Translations under genes and position numbers: made by a program
NCBI GenBank assembly: GCA_900767415.1
Contig: CAAFYZ010000028.1
Span: forward strand, 22,987-86,986
Source: Clostridia bacterium
GTDB taxonomy: Bacteria; Bacillota; Clostridia; Oscillospirales; CAG-272
DNA length: 64,000 bases
Direction: 5' to 3'
Shown here: positions 44,590 to 53,956 of the stretch, piece after piece
Layout of the letters: the number at the start of each line of letters is the position of its first letter
Numbering within the stretch: the stretch's first letter is position 1
The notes under the pieces: generated by a model
Databases searched by the model: none
Told to the model about the DNA's origin: nothing
Seen by the model: the letters and a program-made list of their open reading frames with translations, nothing else

Positions 44590-46768
44590 AGGTTACAAAA
44601 AGAAGAATTCACTCTGCCGTTTTCTGACTTATATTTCCATCGGGGTCGTTATTATGGCGATCGCACTGTTCATCTCCGTCAGTGTGGATATGGCGGAGGC
44701 ACAGCACACATTACGCACGACGACGGCGTATATTAAGGAGCGGTGTAACCGCTACGCGCGTACGGAACTTGCGTCGGAAACCAAGAGTCTTATGCGTATC
44801 ACGGAGAGTTGCGAGCAGGTCGCACGCGACCTTGCGGCAAAGGGGGGACTTTCTTCTCCCGAGGCGATGGAGACGTACACGCAGGAGAACTATCTCTCGG
44901 GTGTCCTCCTTTTGGACGCGGAGGGGAAGATTCTCGCACAGTACTACACCGAAGGCGCCATGCCGCAGACGCTTGCCGAGGTGCTCACATCTCCCGCTCT
45001 TGTCGAAACGGCAGAACACCCGCAAAAAAGATATATCGTCAGAACCCGTTGTACGGATGGGAGCGAACTGGATATTTCCGCCGCCGCCAGAGAAGACGCG
45101 GAGGGGATCGTGGTCGCGTATTATCACACTTCGGCAAAATACAAAGATTCTTTCGGTCTCTCCATCGCATCTCTTCTGACCGGCTATCGCATGGAGAACG
45201 GCGGGACGGTAGTGGTCAGCAACGGGGAAAAGATCGTCGCGTGCAACGACGAGTCGCTTCTCGGCGTCGCGACCGCCGACCTGCCTGTTTTGCAAAAAAT
45301 CAAAACCTCGCCGGGGGAAGATCGATTGATTCACGCCAAAGACGAGTCATTGCTCGGCTGTTACGGTCTGTTGGATCGCGGGCGGGATGTGTATGTTTAC
45401 GGTTATGTACCGGCGAGTGGCGTCTTTTATAACACGCCGTGGACGCTTTTATTTACATTTGTCGCATATATCATGATTCTGATCGGAATCGGTATGGTGC
45501 GGTGGAAGACGGCACAGCGGTACCGTGAGGAACAACTTTCGGCGCAAAAGCAATACGCCGCACAGCTGCAAAGCAAAAACGAAGAACTGCATGCTGCCGT
45601 GGAGAGGGCAGACCGTGCCGCCGCCGCGAAAACCGGATTTTTGTCCCGTATGAGCCATGATATCCGAACGCCGCTGAACGGCATTGTGGGCTTGCTCGAG
45701 ATCAATTCGGCACACCCGAATGACACGGCACTCGTCAGTGCCAACCGCAGAAAAATGTGGGTGGCGGCAGACCATCTTCTTTCTCTGATCAACGACGTTT
45801 TGCAAATGAGCAAACTGGAAAGCGGTAGTGTGACACTTGCGCATGAGCCGCTCGATCTTTCCCGCCTTTTGCGGGACGTTTCCGCGATCGTGGAGTCACG
45901 GGCGGCGGAGGCGGGGGTTACCATGACGGAGGACGACCGCTCCGACCCCATGACGATCGCGTGGGTATACGGCAGTCCTTTGCATTTAAGGCAGATCTTT
46001 TTGAATATTTACAGCAACTGTATCAAGTACAACAAAAAGGGCGGCAGGATCACGACGTGCGTCCACTGTCTCGAAAGCGACGGAGAGCACGTTATCTATC
46101 GGTGGGAGATCGCGGATACGGGCATCGGCATGAGCGAAGAATTTTTGCACCGCATTTTCGACCCCTTCGCGCAGGCGAGCTCCGACGCGCGGAGTATATA
46201 CCAGGGGACGGGACTCGGTATGACGATCGTTAAAAAACTGCTCGATTGCATGAACGGAACGATCGAAGTCCGAAGCAAAGAAGGCGAGGGCTCTGTCTTT
46301 ACGATCACCATTCCTTTTGAGATCGCCGAGAAAAAAGAATCGGATTCTTCCGCGGAGGCGTCGGAAGAGATGTCGATCCGCGGGGTGCGCCTGCTCCTTG
46401 CCGAGGACAACGAACTGAACGCCGAAATCGCCGTCACTCTCCTCACCGACGCGGGTGCCGAGGTTACGACGGTGACGGACGGGCAGCAGGTCGTGGATCT
46501 GTTCCGTCGGTGCCCTCCGGGGACGTTCGATGCCATTCTCATGGACATTATGATGCCGGTGTTAGACGGCATCGGTGCGACGGAGGAGATCCGCAAGAGC
46601 GATCGCCCGGATGCTAAGACGATTCCGATCATTGCAATGACCGCCAACGCATTTGAAGAAGACGCGCAAAAGTGCTTTGCCGCGGGCATGAGTGCCCATC
46701 TTCCGAAGCCGCTGGATATGCGGAAACTGATTCGCACGATCCGTCAATTTACCGACCGAAAGGCGTAA
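44579..46768 (+). CDS. hybrid sensor histidine kinase / response regulator
   Basis: Two TMs flanking an extracytoplasmic domain, H-box SRMSHDIRTPLN, HATPase (GTGLGM), C-terminal REC (LLAEDNELN...ILMDIMMP). Overlaps the SBP gene by 11 nt. Confidence 0.9.
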   Translation: MQTKGYKKKNSLCRFLTYISIGVVIMAIALFISVSVDMAEAQHTLRTTTAYIKERCNRYARTELASETKSLMRITESCEQVARDLAAKGGLSSPEAMETYTQENYLSGVLLLDAEGKILAQYYTEGAMPQTLAEVLTSPALVETAEHPQKRYIVRTRCTDGSELDISAAAREDAEGIVVAYYHTSAKYKDSFGLSIASLLTGYRMENGGTVVVSNGEKIVACNDESLLGVATADLPVLQKIKTSPGEDRLIHAKDESLLGCYGLLDRGRDVYVYGYVPASGVFYNTPWTLLFTFVAYIMILIGIGMVRWKTAQRYREEQLSAQKQYAAQLQSKNEELHAAVERADRAAAAKTGFLSRMSHDIRTPLNGIVGLLEINSAHPNDTALVSANRRKMWVAADHLLSLINDVLQMSKLESGSVTLAHEPLDLSRLLRDVSAIVESRAAEAGVTMTEDDRSDPMTIAWVYGSPLHLRQIFLNIYSNCIKYNKKGGRITTCVHCLESDGEHVIYRWEIADTGIGMSEEFLHRIFDPFAQASSDARSIYQGTGLGMTIVKKLLDCMNGTIEVRSKEGEGSVFTITIPFEIAEKKESDSSAEASEEMSIRGVRLLLAEDNELNAEIAVTLLTDAGAEVTTVTDGQQVVDLFRRCPPGTFDAILMDIMMPVLDGIGATEEIRKSDRPDAKTIPIIAMTANAFEEDAQKCFAAGMSAHLPKPLDMRKLIRTIRQFTDRKA

Positions 46769-46789
46769 CGCACTTTTCGCTTTCGGTAT

Positions 46790-46818
46790 AGGGGCTGTCA
46801 CCCGACAGCCCCTTTTTT
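46790..46818 (+). terminator. terminator after the hybrid kinase gene
   Basis: AGGGGCTGTC-accc-GACAGCCCCT, then T5. Confidence 0.8.
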
Positions 46819-46873
46819 GCGTTTCACTTAAAAAAGCGCGGAGAATACGCCGCGCGCCTGTCGAAAATTTTTC

Positions 46874-46902
46874 TTGACAAGACCGCCGTTTTTTGCTATG
46901 AT
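46874..46902 (+). promoter_or_regulatory. promoter of the lipoprotein gene
   Basis: TTGACA, 17 nt, TGc-TATGAT; about 145-nt leader. Confidence 0.55.
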
Positions 46903-47051
46903 AAAAACAGAACATCGTATCGTTTCGGCGTTTTTTCACATTCTCACAGAGAACAGGAATTTGAAAGGGAGGTATCCGCCGATGCAGAACCGAGCCGCCC
47001 CGCGCGTTTCGTTTATAAAATACAATCCGATTTTTGAAAGGCGGTGAACGC

Positions 47052-47891
47052 ATGAGAAAAATTCTTTCTTTTCTGCTTCTTTTCGCACTTCTCCTGCTGT
47101 CGCTGTCCGCCTGCGCGGATTCCGACGACGGACACGGAAAACCTACCGTGTTGGGAGAAGAGAGCAGCGAGCTGATCTCGGCGTTGAGTGAACACTTGCA
47201 GTCGCTTTTGATCAGTTACAGCAGGCCGGAAGTTATTCTTGCGAACCAGATAGATAAGATAAAAAACGGCGCGCAACCGTTGCTTGTTACATTCGATCCG
47301 TCGGAATTTTACTATGTGTGCGGCTATTATAAGGGAACAAACAAAGATGAATCCTCATTCTATCGGAATGCCTCCGATTATGTATGGCTTCGGTACGAAA
47401 AAGCGGAAGACATTCGCGAAACCTATCGCGGGCGCACCTGCATTGCGGCGTTCCAACTGAATCCGGCGTCTACGGTTACGGATATTCGCTCGGGCAGCGC
47501 AAAAGTGCCGGTCTTTGAGCACTTTACGATGGTTCGTCCAGAATTCGGTGGCGGTTATAACACGGCGACCTTTGATGCGTTTGATGATACCTTTATTTAT
47601 CTGAAACCCAAGGAGAAGGGCGCGGTATATACGGCGTCGACGCATTTTGATTCCCGGAACACATGGGTGTATGTTACCCTTGAGGGAGAGAGGTTTATTC
47701 CGGTATCGCTTTATCAGATCCGCTCGACCGGTGAGCGTGATGACTACGATCTCGAGAAGGAATTCGGCAAGTATTACGATGCTTTGATGAGCATCATGAT
47801 AACGGACAGATATAGTGCTCCGTTTGGAATTGACATGATGTATTACGGGCTTTTTTCCATCGAAGATTTTGCGGAGATATTGAAAGAATAA
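47052..47891 (+). CDS. hypothetical lipoprotein
   Basis: MRKILSFLLLFALLLLSLSAC lipobox; no other motif recognised; GC somewhat lower than surroundings. Confidence 0.7.
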   Translation: MRKILSFLLLFALLLLSLSACADSDDGHGKPTVLGEESSELISALSEHLQSLLISYSRPEVILANQIDKIKNGAQPLLVTFDPSEFYYVCGYYKGTNKDESSFYRNASDYVWLRYEKAEDIRETYRGRTCIAAFQLNPASTVTDIRSGSAKVPVFEHFTMVRPEFGGGYNTATFDAFDDTFIYLKPKEKGAVYTASTHFDSRNTWVYVTLEGERFIPVSLYQIRSTGERDDYDLEKEFGKYYDALMSIMITDRYSAPFGIDMMYYGLFSIEDFAEILKE

Positions 47892-47930
47892 AAAACGGCA
47901 GAGAAGAGAATCCTCGCCGCATAAAAATAA

Positions 47931-47975
47931 GCAAAACCGTGCGTTTTTGCCAAAAGGCAGGACGCACGGTTTTGC
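47931..47975. terminator. terminator between the convergent lipoprotein and recombinase genes
   Basis: 14-bp stem GCAAAACCGTGCGT/ACGCACGGTTTTGC. Confidence 0.7.
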
Positions 47976-48000
47976 TTTGCCGAGAGAAAAAGACGAACCG

Positions 48001-48648
48001 TCAAATAATATCGGGTACGTGAAGGCGGGCGACGCGCTCATAGTTTTCACTTTCGGTCTGCATACACCTGTCCATGTGGTAATAGAAGTTCGAGCGGCTC
48101 ATCCGCGACTGTTTCAGCACTTCCCGCATCGGGATCTCGCGGCGGCGGTAGGCACAGACAAGGCGGAGAAAAGTGTCGGGATAGCCGCGTTCGGGTCTGC
48201 CGAAGCGGACGCCGTTTTTCTTCGCGACGGCGATCCCTTCCGCCTGACGGGCGCGGATGTTCGCTCGCTCGTTCTCGGCGACGAAAGAGAGGACCTGCAG
48301 GACGATGTCAGAGATGAATTTGCCGACGAGATTTTCGCTTTTCGTGCGGGTGTCGAGCAGGGGCATATCGAGGACGAGAATGTCCACCTGCAATTTTCCC
48401 GTGATGCGGCTCCACTCTTCGATAATCATATCGTAGTTTCTGCCGAGACGGTCGATGGACTTGATAATAAGAAGGTCGCCCGGTTGCAGGATTTCCAGCA
48501 TACGGATGTAGGCGGTGCGGATAAAATCCTTGCCGCTTTTCTTGTCGGCGTAGATTCGGTTTTCGGGCACACCGGCTTCACGAAAGGCGGCGAGCTGTCG
48601 CTCGAGATTCTGGTCGGTGCCGGATACTCTGGCATAAGCGTAGGTCAT
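48001..48648 (-). CDS. small serine recombinase (resolvase/invertase family)
   Basis: YARVSGTDQNLERQ catalytic-Ser motif, SIDRLGRN, C-terminal HTH; 215 aa. Confidence 0.9.
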   Translation of the reverse strand: MTYAYARVSGTDQNLERQLAAFREAGVPENRIYADKKSGKDFIRTAYIRMLEILQPGDLLIIKSIDRLGRNYDMIIEEWSRITGKLQVDILVLDMPLLDTRTKSENLVGKFISDIVLQVLSFVAENERANIRARQAEGIAVAKKNGVRFGRPERGYPDTFLRLVCAYRRREIPMREVLKQSRMSRSNFYYHMDRCMQTESENYERVARLHVPDII

Positions 48649-48852
48649 GATGTTCTCCTTTTCGGTTACAGATAGTTTTTCCGTCGGTCTTGTTTTCTTT
48701 ATCGACAGATTTCGGGGGAAGAGGAAAAAAACTCCGAAACCACTATAACATAAACGAAAAGAGGAAGAAAGGGCAAAAGAAAAGGCGGACGGCGTTTGGC
48801 GGGCGGTTCGCTTTTCTTTTCCTCTGTTTTTAAAGAATTAAAATATTTACTC

Positions 48853-48881
48853 TTTACAAAAAGAGGAAAATATGATACAAT
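48853..48881 (+). promoter_or_regulatory. promoter of the rsuA-like gene
   Basis: TTTACA, 17 nt, TGa-TACAAT. Confidence 0.5.
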
Positions 48882-48913
48882 AAAAAGCAACACGGAAAAG
48901 GGAGATGTACGGT

Positions 48914-49621
48914 ATGCGAATCGACAAAATGATTTCCGACCTCGGGGTTGCCTCTCGCCGCACGGCGGCGGCGACTGCCGCACGCGGGGGCGTTCTCGTG
49001 AACGGCGTGCCCGTGCGCGACCTCTCCCGCCATATCGACCCGACGAAGGACAAAGTGTGCTATCTCGGGGAAGAGCTCGTCTACCGCCGCTTCGTCTACT
49101 ATATGCTGAACAAACCCGCAGGGTATGTCAGTGCGACGGAGGACAGGCGATATCCCTGCGTGACCGAACTGTTGCCCGAGCGGATCCGTCACATGGATCT
49201 TTTTCCTGTCGGACGGCTTGACCGTGATACGCTCGGACTGATGATTCTGACAAACGACGGTGCCTTAGCACACCGACTGCTGACGCCGAAGCACCATGTG
49301 GAAAAAGAATACGCCTTTACGGTGGATCTGCCGTTGCCGCCCGATGCGGAAGAACGGTTTTTCGCAGGGGTGACGATTGACGGCGGCGAAGTGTGCAAGA
49401 GCGCGCGTCTCTTTCCCTCTCCCGACCGCCTATCGGGGCGTATCGTTCTGACGGAAGGGAAGTATCATCAGGTAAAGCGCATGACCGAGACGGTCGGGTG
49501 TCGTATCACCTCGCTTGAGCGTGTGCGCTTTGCCGATATTCCTCTCGACCCGTCGCTCGCCCGCGGAGAATTCCGCCCGCTGACGGAAGAGGAGATCGAA
49601 GGGCTCCGTGCCGCCCCGTAA
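48914..49621 (+). CDS. RsuA/RluB-family pseudouridine synthase
   Basis: S4 domain (RIDKMISDLGVASRR), catalytic VGRLDRDTLGLMILTNDG. Second ATG chosen for RBS spacing. Confidence 0.88.
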   Translation: MRIDKMISDLGVASRRTAAATAARGGVLVNGVPVRDLSRHIDPTKDKVCYLGEELVYRRFVYYMLNKPAGYVSATEDRRYPCVTELLPERIRHMDLFPVGRLDRDTLGLMILTNDGALAHRLLTPKHHVEKEYAFTVDLPLPPDAEERFFAGVTIDGGEVCKSARLFPSPDRLSGRIVLTEGKYHQVKRMTETVGCRITSLERVRFADIPLDPSLARGEFRPLTEEEIEGLRAAP

Positions 49622-49678
49622 TACAAAAATCAAGTGAAAAACTGCCCGCCTCTGCGGGCGTACACAAAAGGAGAACCC

Positions 49679-51853
49679 ATGGACATTCTGAAAACACTGG
49701 CAAAAGAACTGTCTCTGAAAGAAGAGCAGGTGGAAAAGACCGTTGCGTTGATCGACGAGGGGAATACCATTCCTTTTATCTCCCGATACCGTAAAGAGGT
49801 GACGGGGAGTCTTGACGATACGATATTGCGTGAACTTTACGACAGACTGCAATATCTGCGCAAACTCAACGAGCGTAAGGAGGAGATCTCCGCGCTGATC
49901 GCCGCGCAGGAGAAGCTGACACCCGAGATCACCTTCGCCCTTGAAAATGCGAAGACGCTGGTCGAACTGGAAGATATTTACCGCCCCTTCAAGCCGAAGC
50001 GTACGACCCGCGCCTCCATCGCCCGCGCCAAAGGGCTGGAGCCGCTGGCAAATTATATTATGGAACAGCGGGACAGTTATGACCCGACGATCGAAGTCTA
50101 TGCCGAGCAGTTCCTCTCGACGGAAGAAGGGAAAGAAGTCCCCGACGTCGCCGCGGCGCTTGCCGGTGCGTCCGACATCATCGCGGAGGACGTCTCCAAC
50201 GATGCCGAGATCCGTAAACTTCTGCGCGCCTTTACCTTCGAGCACGGAACCCTCGACGCGAAGGGGACGAAGGACGAGACGTCGGTTTACGAGACCTATT
50301 ACGATTTTTCCGAGCCGATCAAAAAACTGAAAGGACATCGGATTCTTGCTATCAACCGCGGAGAAAAAGAAGACTTCCTCAAAGTATCGGTGAACGTCCC
50401 GGAAGAAGACGCCGTCGCACAGCTCGTCTCGCGCGTGATCACCAACAAAAAGTCGCCCGCTCTGCCGTACCTGATGGCGACGCTGACCGACGCATACGAG
50501 CGTCTGCTCTTCCCGGCGATCGAGAGGGAAGTGCGCACCGCACTCTTCGACGACGCCTCGGAGGGGGCGTTGAAGGTCTTCGCGGAGAACCTCAGAAATC
50601 TTTTGCTCGTCTCTCCGCTGAAAGGCAAGACGGTGCTCGGTTATGACCCCGGTTTTCGTACCGGATGTAAACTGGCGGTTGTCGATAAGACGGGAAAAGT
50701 ACTGGATACGGGCGTGATCTATCCGACCGAGCCGCGCCGCGACATCGAAGGGTCGAGACGAAAAGTCCTCGCTCTGATCGAAAAATACAAAGTCGACGTG
50801 ATCTCTATCGGCAACGGCACGGCGTCGCGGGAATCGGAGCGGTTTATCGCCGATACTCTGCGTGATGCGCATTGCCCGAAGGGAGTGAAGTATACCATCG
50901 TGTCCGAGGCGGGGGCGTCGGTGTATTCCGCGTCGAAGCTCGGTGCCGAAGAATTCCCCGACTTCGATGTGACGCAGAGAAGTGCGGTGTCGATCGCAAG
51001 ACGTCTGCAGGACCCTCTCGCAGAGCTTGTCAAGATCGAGCCGAAAGCCATCGGTGTCGGACAGTATCAGCACGATATGAAGCAGGCGCGTCTCTCCGAG
51101 GCACTCGGCGGCGTCGTGGAGGATTGCGTGAACGGTGTCGGTGTCGACATCAACACGGCGTCCTATTCGCTCCTTTCCTATGTGTCGGGAATCAACGCGA
51201 CCGCGGCAAAGAACATTGTCGCCTTCCGTGAGGCGAACGGAGAATTCAAAACGAGAAAGCAGATTCTCAAAGTACCGAAGATCGGCGAAAAGGCGTTTGT
51301 CCAGTGCGCGGGATTCCTCAGAATCCCCGGGGCAAAGGACGTGCTCGATTCTACCGGCGTGCATCCCGAATCCTATCCGATCGCGGAGGCACTGCTCGCG
51401 AAGTTCGGCTATACCGACGCCGACGTCAGAGCGAACAACCTTGCGCTCCTTCGCTTCAAGGCGGAGCAGTACGGGAAGGCAAAACTCGCCAAAGAACTCG
51501 GTTGCGGCGAGCCGACGCTCGAAGATATTATCAAAGAACTGGAAAAACCGGGACGCGACATTCGTGACGACGCACCGGCACCCGTCCTTTCGACCGACGT
51601 GTTGGAAATTACCGACCTGAAGCCGGATATGCAGTTGAAAGGTACGGTACGCAACGTGGTCGATTTCGGCTGTTTTGTTGACATCGGCGTGCACCATGAC
51701 GGCTTGCTCCACATTTCCGAGATGAGTGATAAATTCGTCAAGCGGGCGTCCGACCTCTTCTCGGTCGGCGACGTCATCGAAGTGAAGATCAAGGACGTCG
51801 ATGTGGCAAAGCACCGCATCGCCCTGACAAGAAAGGGCATGAAGACCGAATAA
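49679..51853 (+). CDS. tex: Tex-like RNA-binding transcription accessory protein
   Basis: N-terminus TIPFISRYRKEVTG, YqgF/HhH regions, C-terminal S1 domain (GTVRNVVDFGCFVDIG). Confidence 0.93.
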   Translation: MDILKTLAKELSLKEEQVEKTVALIDEGNTIPFISRYRKEVTGSLDDTILRELYDRLQYLRKLNERKEEISALIAAQEKLTPEITFALENAKTLVELEDIYRPFKPKRTTRASIARAKGLEPLANYIMEQRDSYDPTIEVYAEQFLSTEEGKEVPDVAAALAGASDIIAEDVSNDAEIRKLLRAFTFEHGTLDAKGTKDETSVYETYYDFSEPIKKLKGHRILAINRGEKEDFLKVSVNVPEEDAVAQLVSRVITNKKSPALPYLMATLTDAYERLLFPAIEREVRTALFDDASEGALKVFAENLRNLLLVSPLKGKTVLGYDPGFRTGCKLAVVDKTGKVLDTGVIYPTEPRRDIEGSRRKVLALIEKYKVDVISIGNGTASRESERFIADTLRDAHCPKGVKYTIVSEAGASVYSASKLGAEEFPDFDVTQRSAVSIARRLQDPLAELVKIEPKAIGVGQYQHDMKQARLSEALGGVVEDCVNGVGVDINTASYSLLSYVSGINATAAKNIVAFREANGEFKTRKQILKVPKIGEKAFVQCAGFLRIPGAKDVLDSTGVHPESYPIAEALLAKFGYTDADVRANNLALLRFKAEQYGKAKLAKELGCGEPTLEDIIKELEKPGRDIRDDAPAPVLSTDVLEITDLKPDMQLKGTVRNVVDFGCFVDIGVHHDGLLHISEMSDKFVKRASDLFSVGDVIEVKIKDVDVAKHRIALTRKGMKTE

Positions 51854-51893
51854 AAAGCGGTGCGCCCCCAAAAATCAAAAGAGAGGAGACGGT

Positions 51894-52790
51894 ATGTTCG
51901 GCTATGTGAAACCCGACAGCGCGGAACTGCGCGTCAAGGATTACGACTTTTACCGCGCGACCTATTGCGGGATCTGCCGTGAGACGGGACGCGTCACGGG
52001 AAACGCATCGCGCGTGACGCTCAGTTATGATGCCGTCTTTCTCGCCTTGGTACGGATGCTGTTCATCGGGGAGGAAGAGTTTTCTTCCCGGATGCGCCGC
52101 TGTGCCGTCCATCCGCTGAAAAAGCGGAATATGCTGAATCAAAACGCCGCCCTCACCTACACCGCGCGTGTTTTCGCCCTGCTGTCTTATCACAAGATGC
52201 GGGACGATCTCGCCGACGAGGGGAGAGCGGTGCGCGCGGCGATGCTCCCTCTCCGTCCGATCCTGTCCCGTGCGAGACGGCGGGCGGGATATGCGGAGCT
52301 TGATCGCCTGATGAAAGAAAAACTCGCCGAGATTTCAGAGATGGAGCGTGCCTCTCTTCCTTTGGTAGATCCGCCGGCATCGGCGTTCGGCGATCTGCTC
52401 GGCGCGGTGTTCGCACAAGGGCTGTCCGAAAAGGATGCGCGCATCACGCGGGAGATCGGTTACCGTCTCGGAAAGTTTATTTACGCCGCCGACGCCGCGG
52501 AAGATTACGAAAAAGACGCGGCGCGCGGACGGTACAATCCGTATGTCCTCTCCTACGGCAAAAAGACGCTGTCGCGGGAAAATCGGGAGACGATCCGCAC
52601 GGCTCTTCTGCTCGAAGCGTCGCGCATGGCGTCCGCCGTAGAACTTCTGCCGTTCGGCAATCGGAGGATCCTTGAGAATCTGATAAAGAACATCACCTAT
52701 CGCGGACTGGTCCGCCGTATCGCCTTTTTAACGGACGGAGAGGGCGACGCAAAATCACAAATATCCGAAGAAAGGACTCCCGGCTCATGA
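51894..52790 (+). CDS. DUF5685-like protein
   Basis: [29 protein letters not shown] start typical of this uncharacterised Clostridia family. Confidence 0.7.
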   Translation: MFGYVKPDSAELRVKDYDFYRATYCGICRETGRVTGNASRVTLSYDAVFLALVRMLFIGEEEFSSRMRRCAVHPLKKRNMLNQNAALTYTARVFALLSYHKMRDDLADEGRAVRAAMLPLRPILSRARRRAGYAELDRLMKEKLAEISEMERASLPLVDPPASAFGDLLGAVFAQGLSEKDARITREIGYRLGKFIYAADAAEDYEKDAARGRYNPYVLSYGKKTLSRENRETIRTALLLEASRMASAVELLPFGNRRILENLIKNITYRGLVRRIAFLTDGEGDAKSQISEERTPGS

Positions 52791-53404
52791 AAGATCCGTA
52801 TACCGTACTCGGCGTATCGAGGAACGCAACCGACGACGAGATCAAGGAGGCATATCGCGCGCTCGCGAGAAAATACCATCCCGACAATTACGGCGACAAC
52901 CCGCTCAAAGACCTCGCGGAAGAAAAAATGCAGGAGGTCAACGCCGCCTACGAGCAGATCCGCAAAGAGCGTGCGGACGGGAACCGTCAAAGCTCCGCTT
53001 CGGGTGGGGGCACCTCGGCGGGCGGCATCTATACCGAGATCCGAAAAGCACTGAACGCGCATCGCTTCGGCGAGGCGGCGCGCATGATCTCCTCCGTCCC
53101 CGAAGGGGAGAGGATCGCCGAGTGGCATTATCTGAACAGTATCCTGATCATGCGCCGCGGCAATGTCAACGACGCGATGCGGGAACTTGAGATCGCGTGC
53201 GACATGGAGCCCGGGAACATGGAATATCAGAAGGCAAAAGAGATGTTCAACAATTCCGCGCGCGGGTACGGCAGCACCTATTACGGCGGGACGGGGAACA
53301 CGACGCGCGACTCCTCTTCCGACTGTTGCGAGATCTGCGTGACGATCAAACTCTGCGACTGCCTTTGCGAATGTTGCGGCGGGGATCTGGTTCCTTGCAT
53401 TTAA
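52787..53404 (+). CDS. J-domain protein with TPR-like middle and Cys-rich tail
   Basis: [32 protein letters not shown] (HPD motif). Nine Cys in the last 30 residues. ATGA overlap with the upstream gene. Confidence 0.88.
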   Translation: MKDPYTVLGVSRNATDDEIKEAYRALARKYHPDNYGDNPLKDLAEEKMQEVNAAYEQIRKERADGNRQSSASGGGTSAGGIYTEIRKALNAHRFGEAARMISSVPEGERIAEWHYLNSILIMRRGNVNDAMRELEIACDMEPGNMEYQKAKEMFNNSARGYGSTYYGGTGNTTRDSSSDCCEICVTIKLCDCLCECCGGDLVPCI

Positions 53405-53408
53405 GGTT

Positions 53409-53933
53409 ATGAAAGAGACAAAGAAAATCACGCTCAGTGCTATGATGGCGGCGCTCGCCGTCGCCCTGATGGTGCTCGGCGCCGTTATCGAGACGCTGGA
53501 TATGTCGATCGTCGCAGTCGCCTCGTTTACCGTGGTATTCGTGCAGATCGAGATCGGGAAGCCGTACAATTTCTGCACGTGGCTTGCGGCGTCCCTTCTG
53601 TCCTTTATCTTCTTCCCGCACAGTTTCGTGTGGGCGGAGTTCCTTTTGGTCTTCGGGGTTTACCCGATTCTGAAAGGGTACATCGAGCGTCTGCCTCGTC
53701 CGCTTTGGCTACCGGTGAAACTCCTGCTTTTCAATGTGCAGTTCGGCGCGCTTTACGCCGTCGTGCGGTTCGTCATCGGCATGGAACAGATCGGATACGA
53801 CAGTTTTTATCTGAACCTTCTCTTATACCTGCTCGCCAACGTCACGCTCTTTGCGTATGATTGGCTGATTACCGTCGTGGTACGCCTGTATTTCTTCAAA
53901 TACAGAGAAAAGTTCAAAAAATTTCTGAAATAA
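53409..53933 (+). CDS. multi-pass membrane protein (ECF S-component-like N-terminus)
   Basis: 174 aa, about 5 hydrophobic helices; KKITLSAMMAALAVAL start. No firm family call. Confidence 0.55.
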   Translation: MKETKKITLSAMMAALAVALMVLGAVIETLDMSIVAVASFTVVFVQIEIGKPYNFCTWLAASLLSFIFFPHSFVWAEFLLVFGVYPILKGYIERLPRPLWLPVKLLLFNVQFGALYAVVRFVIGMEQIGYDSFYLNLLLYLLANVTLFAYDWLITVVVRLYFFKYREKFKKFLK

Positions 53934-53956
53934 CCGAAAGGAACGATCGGAATCTT

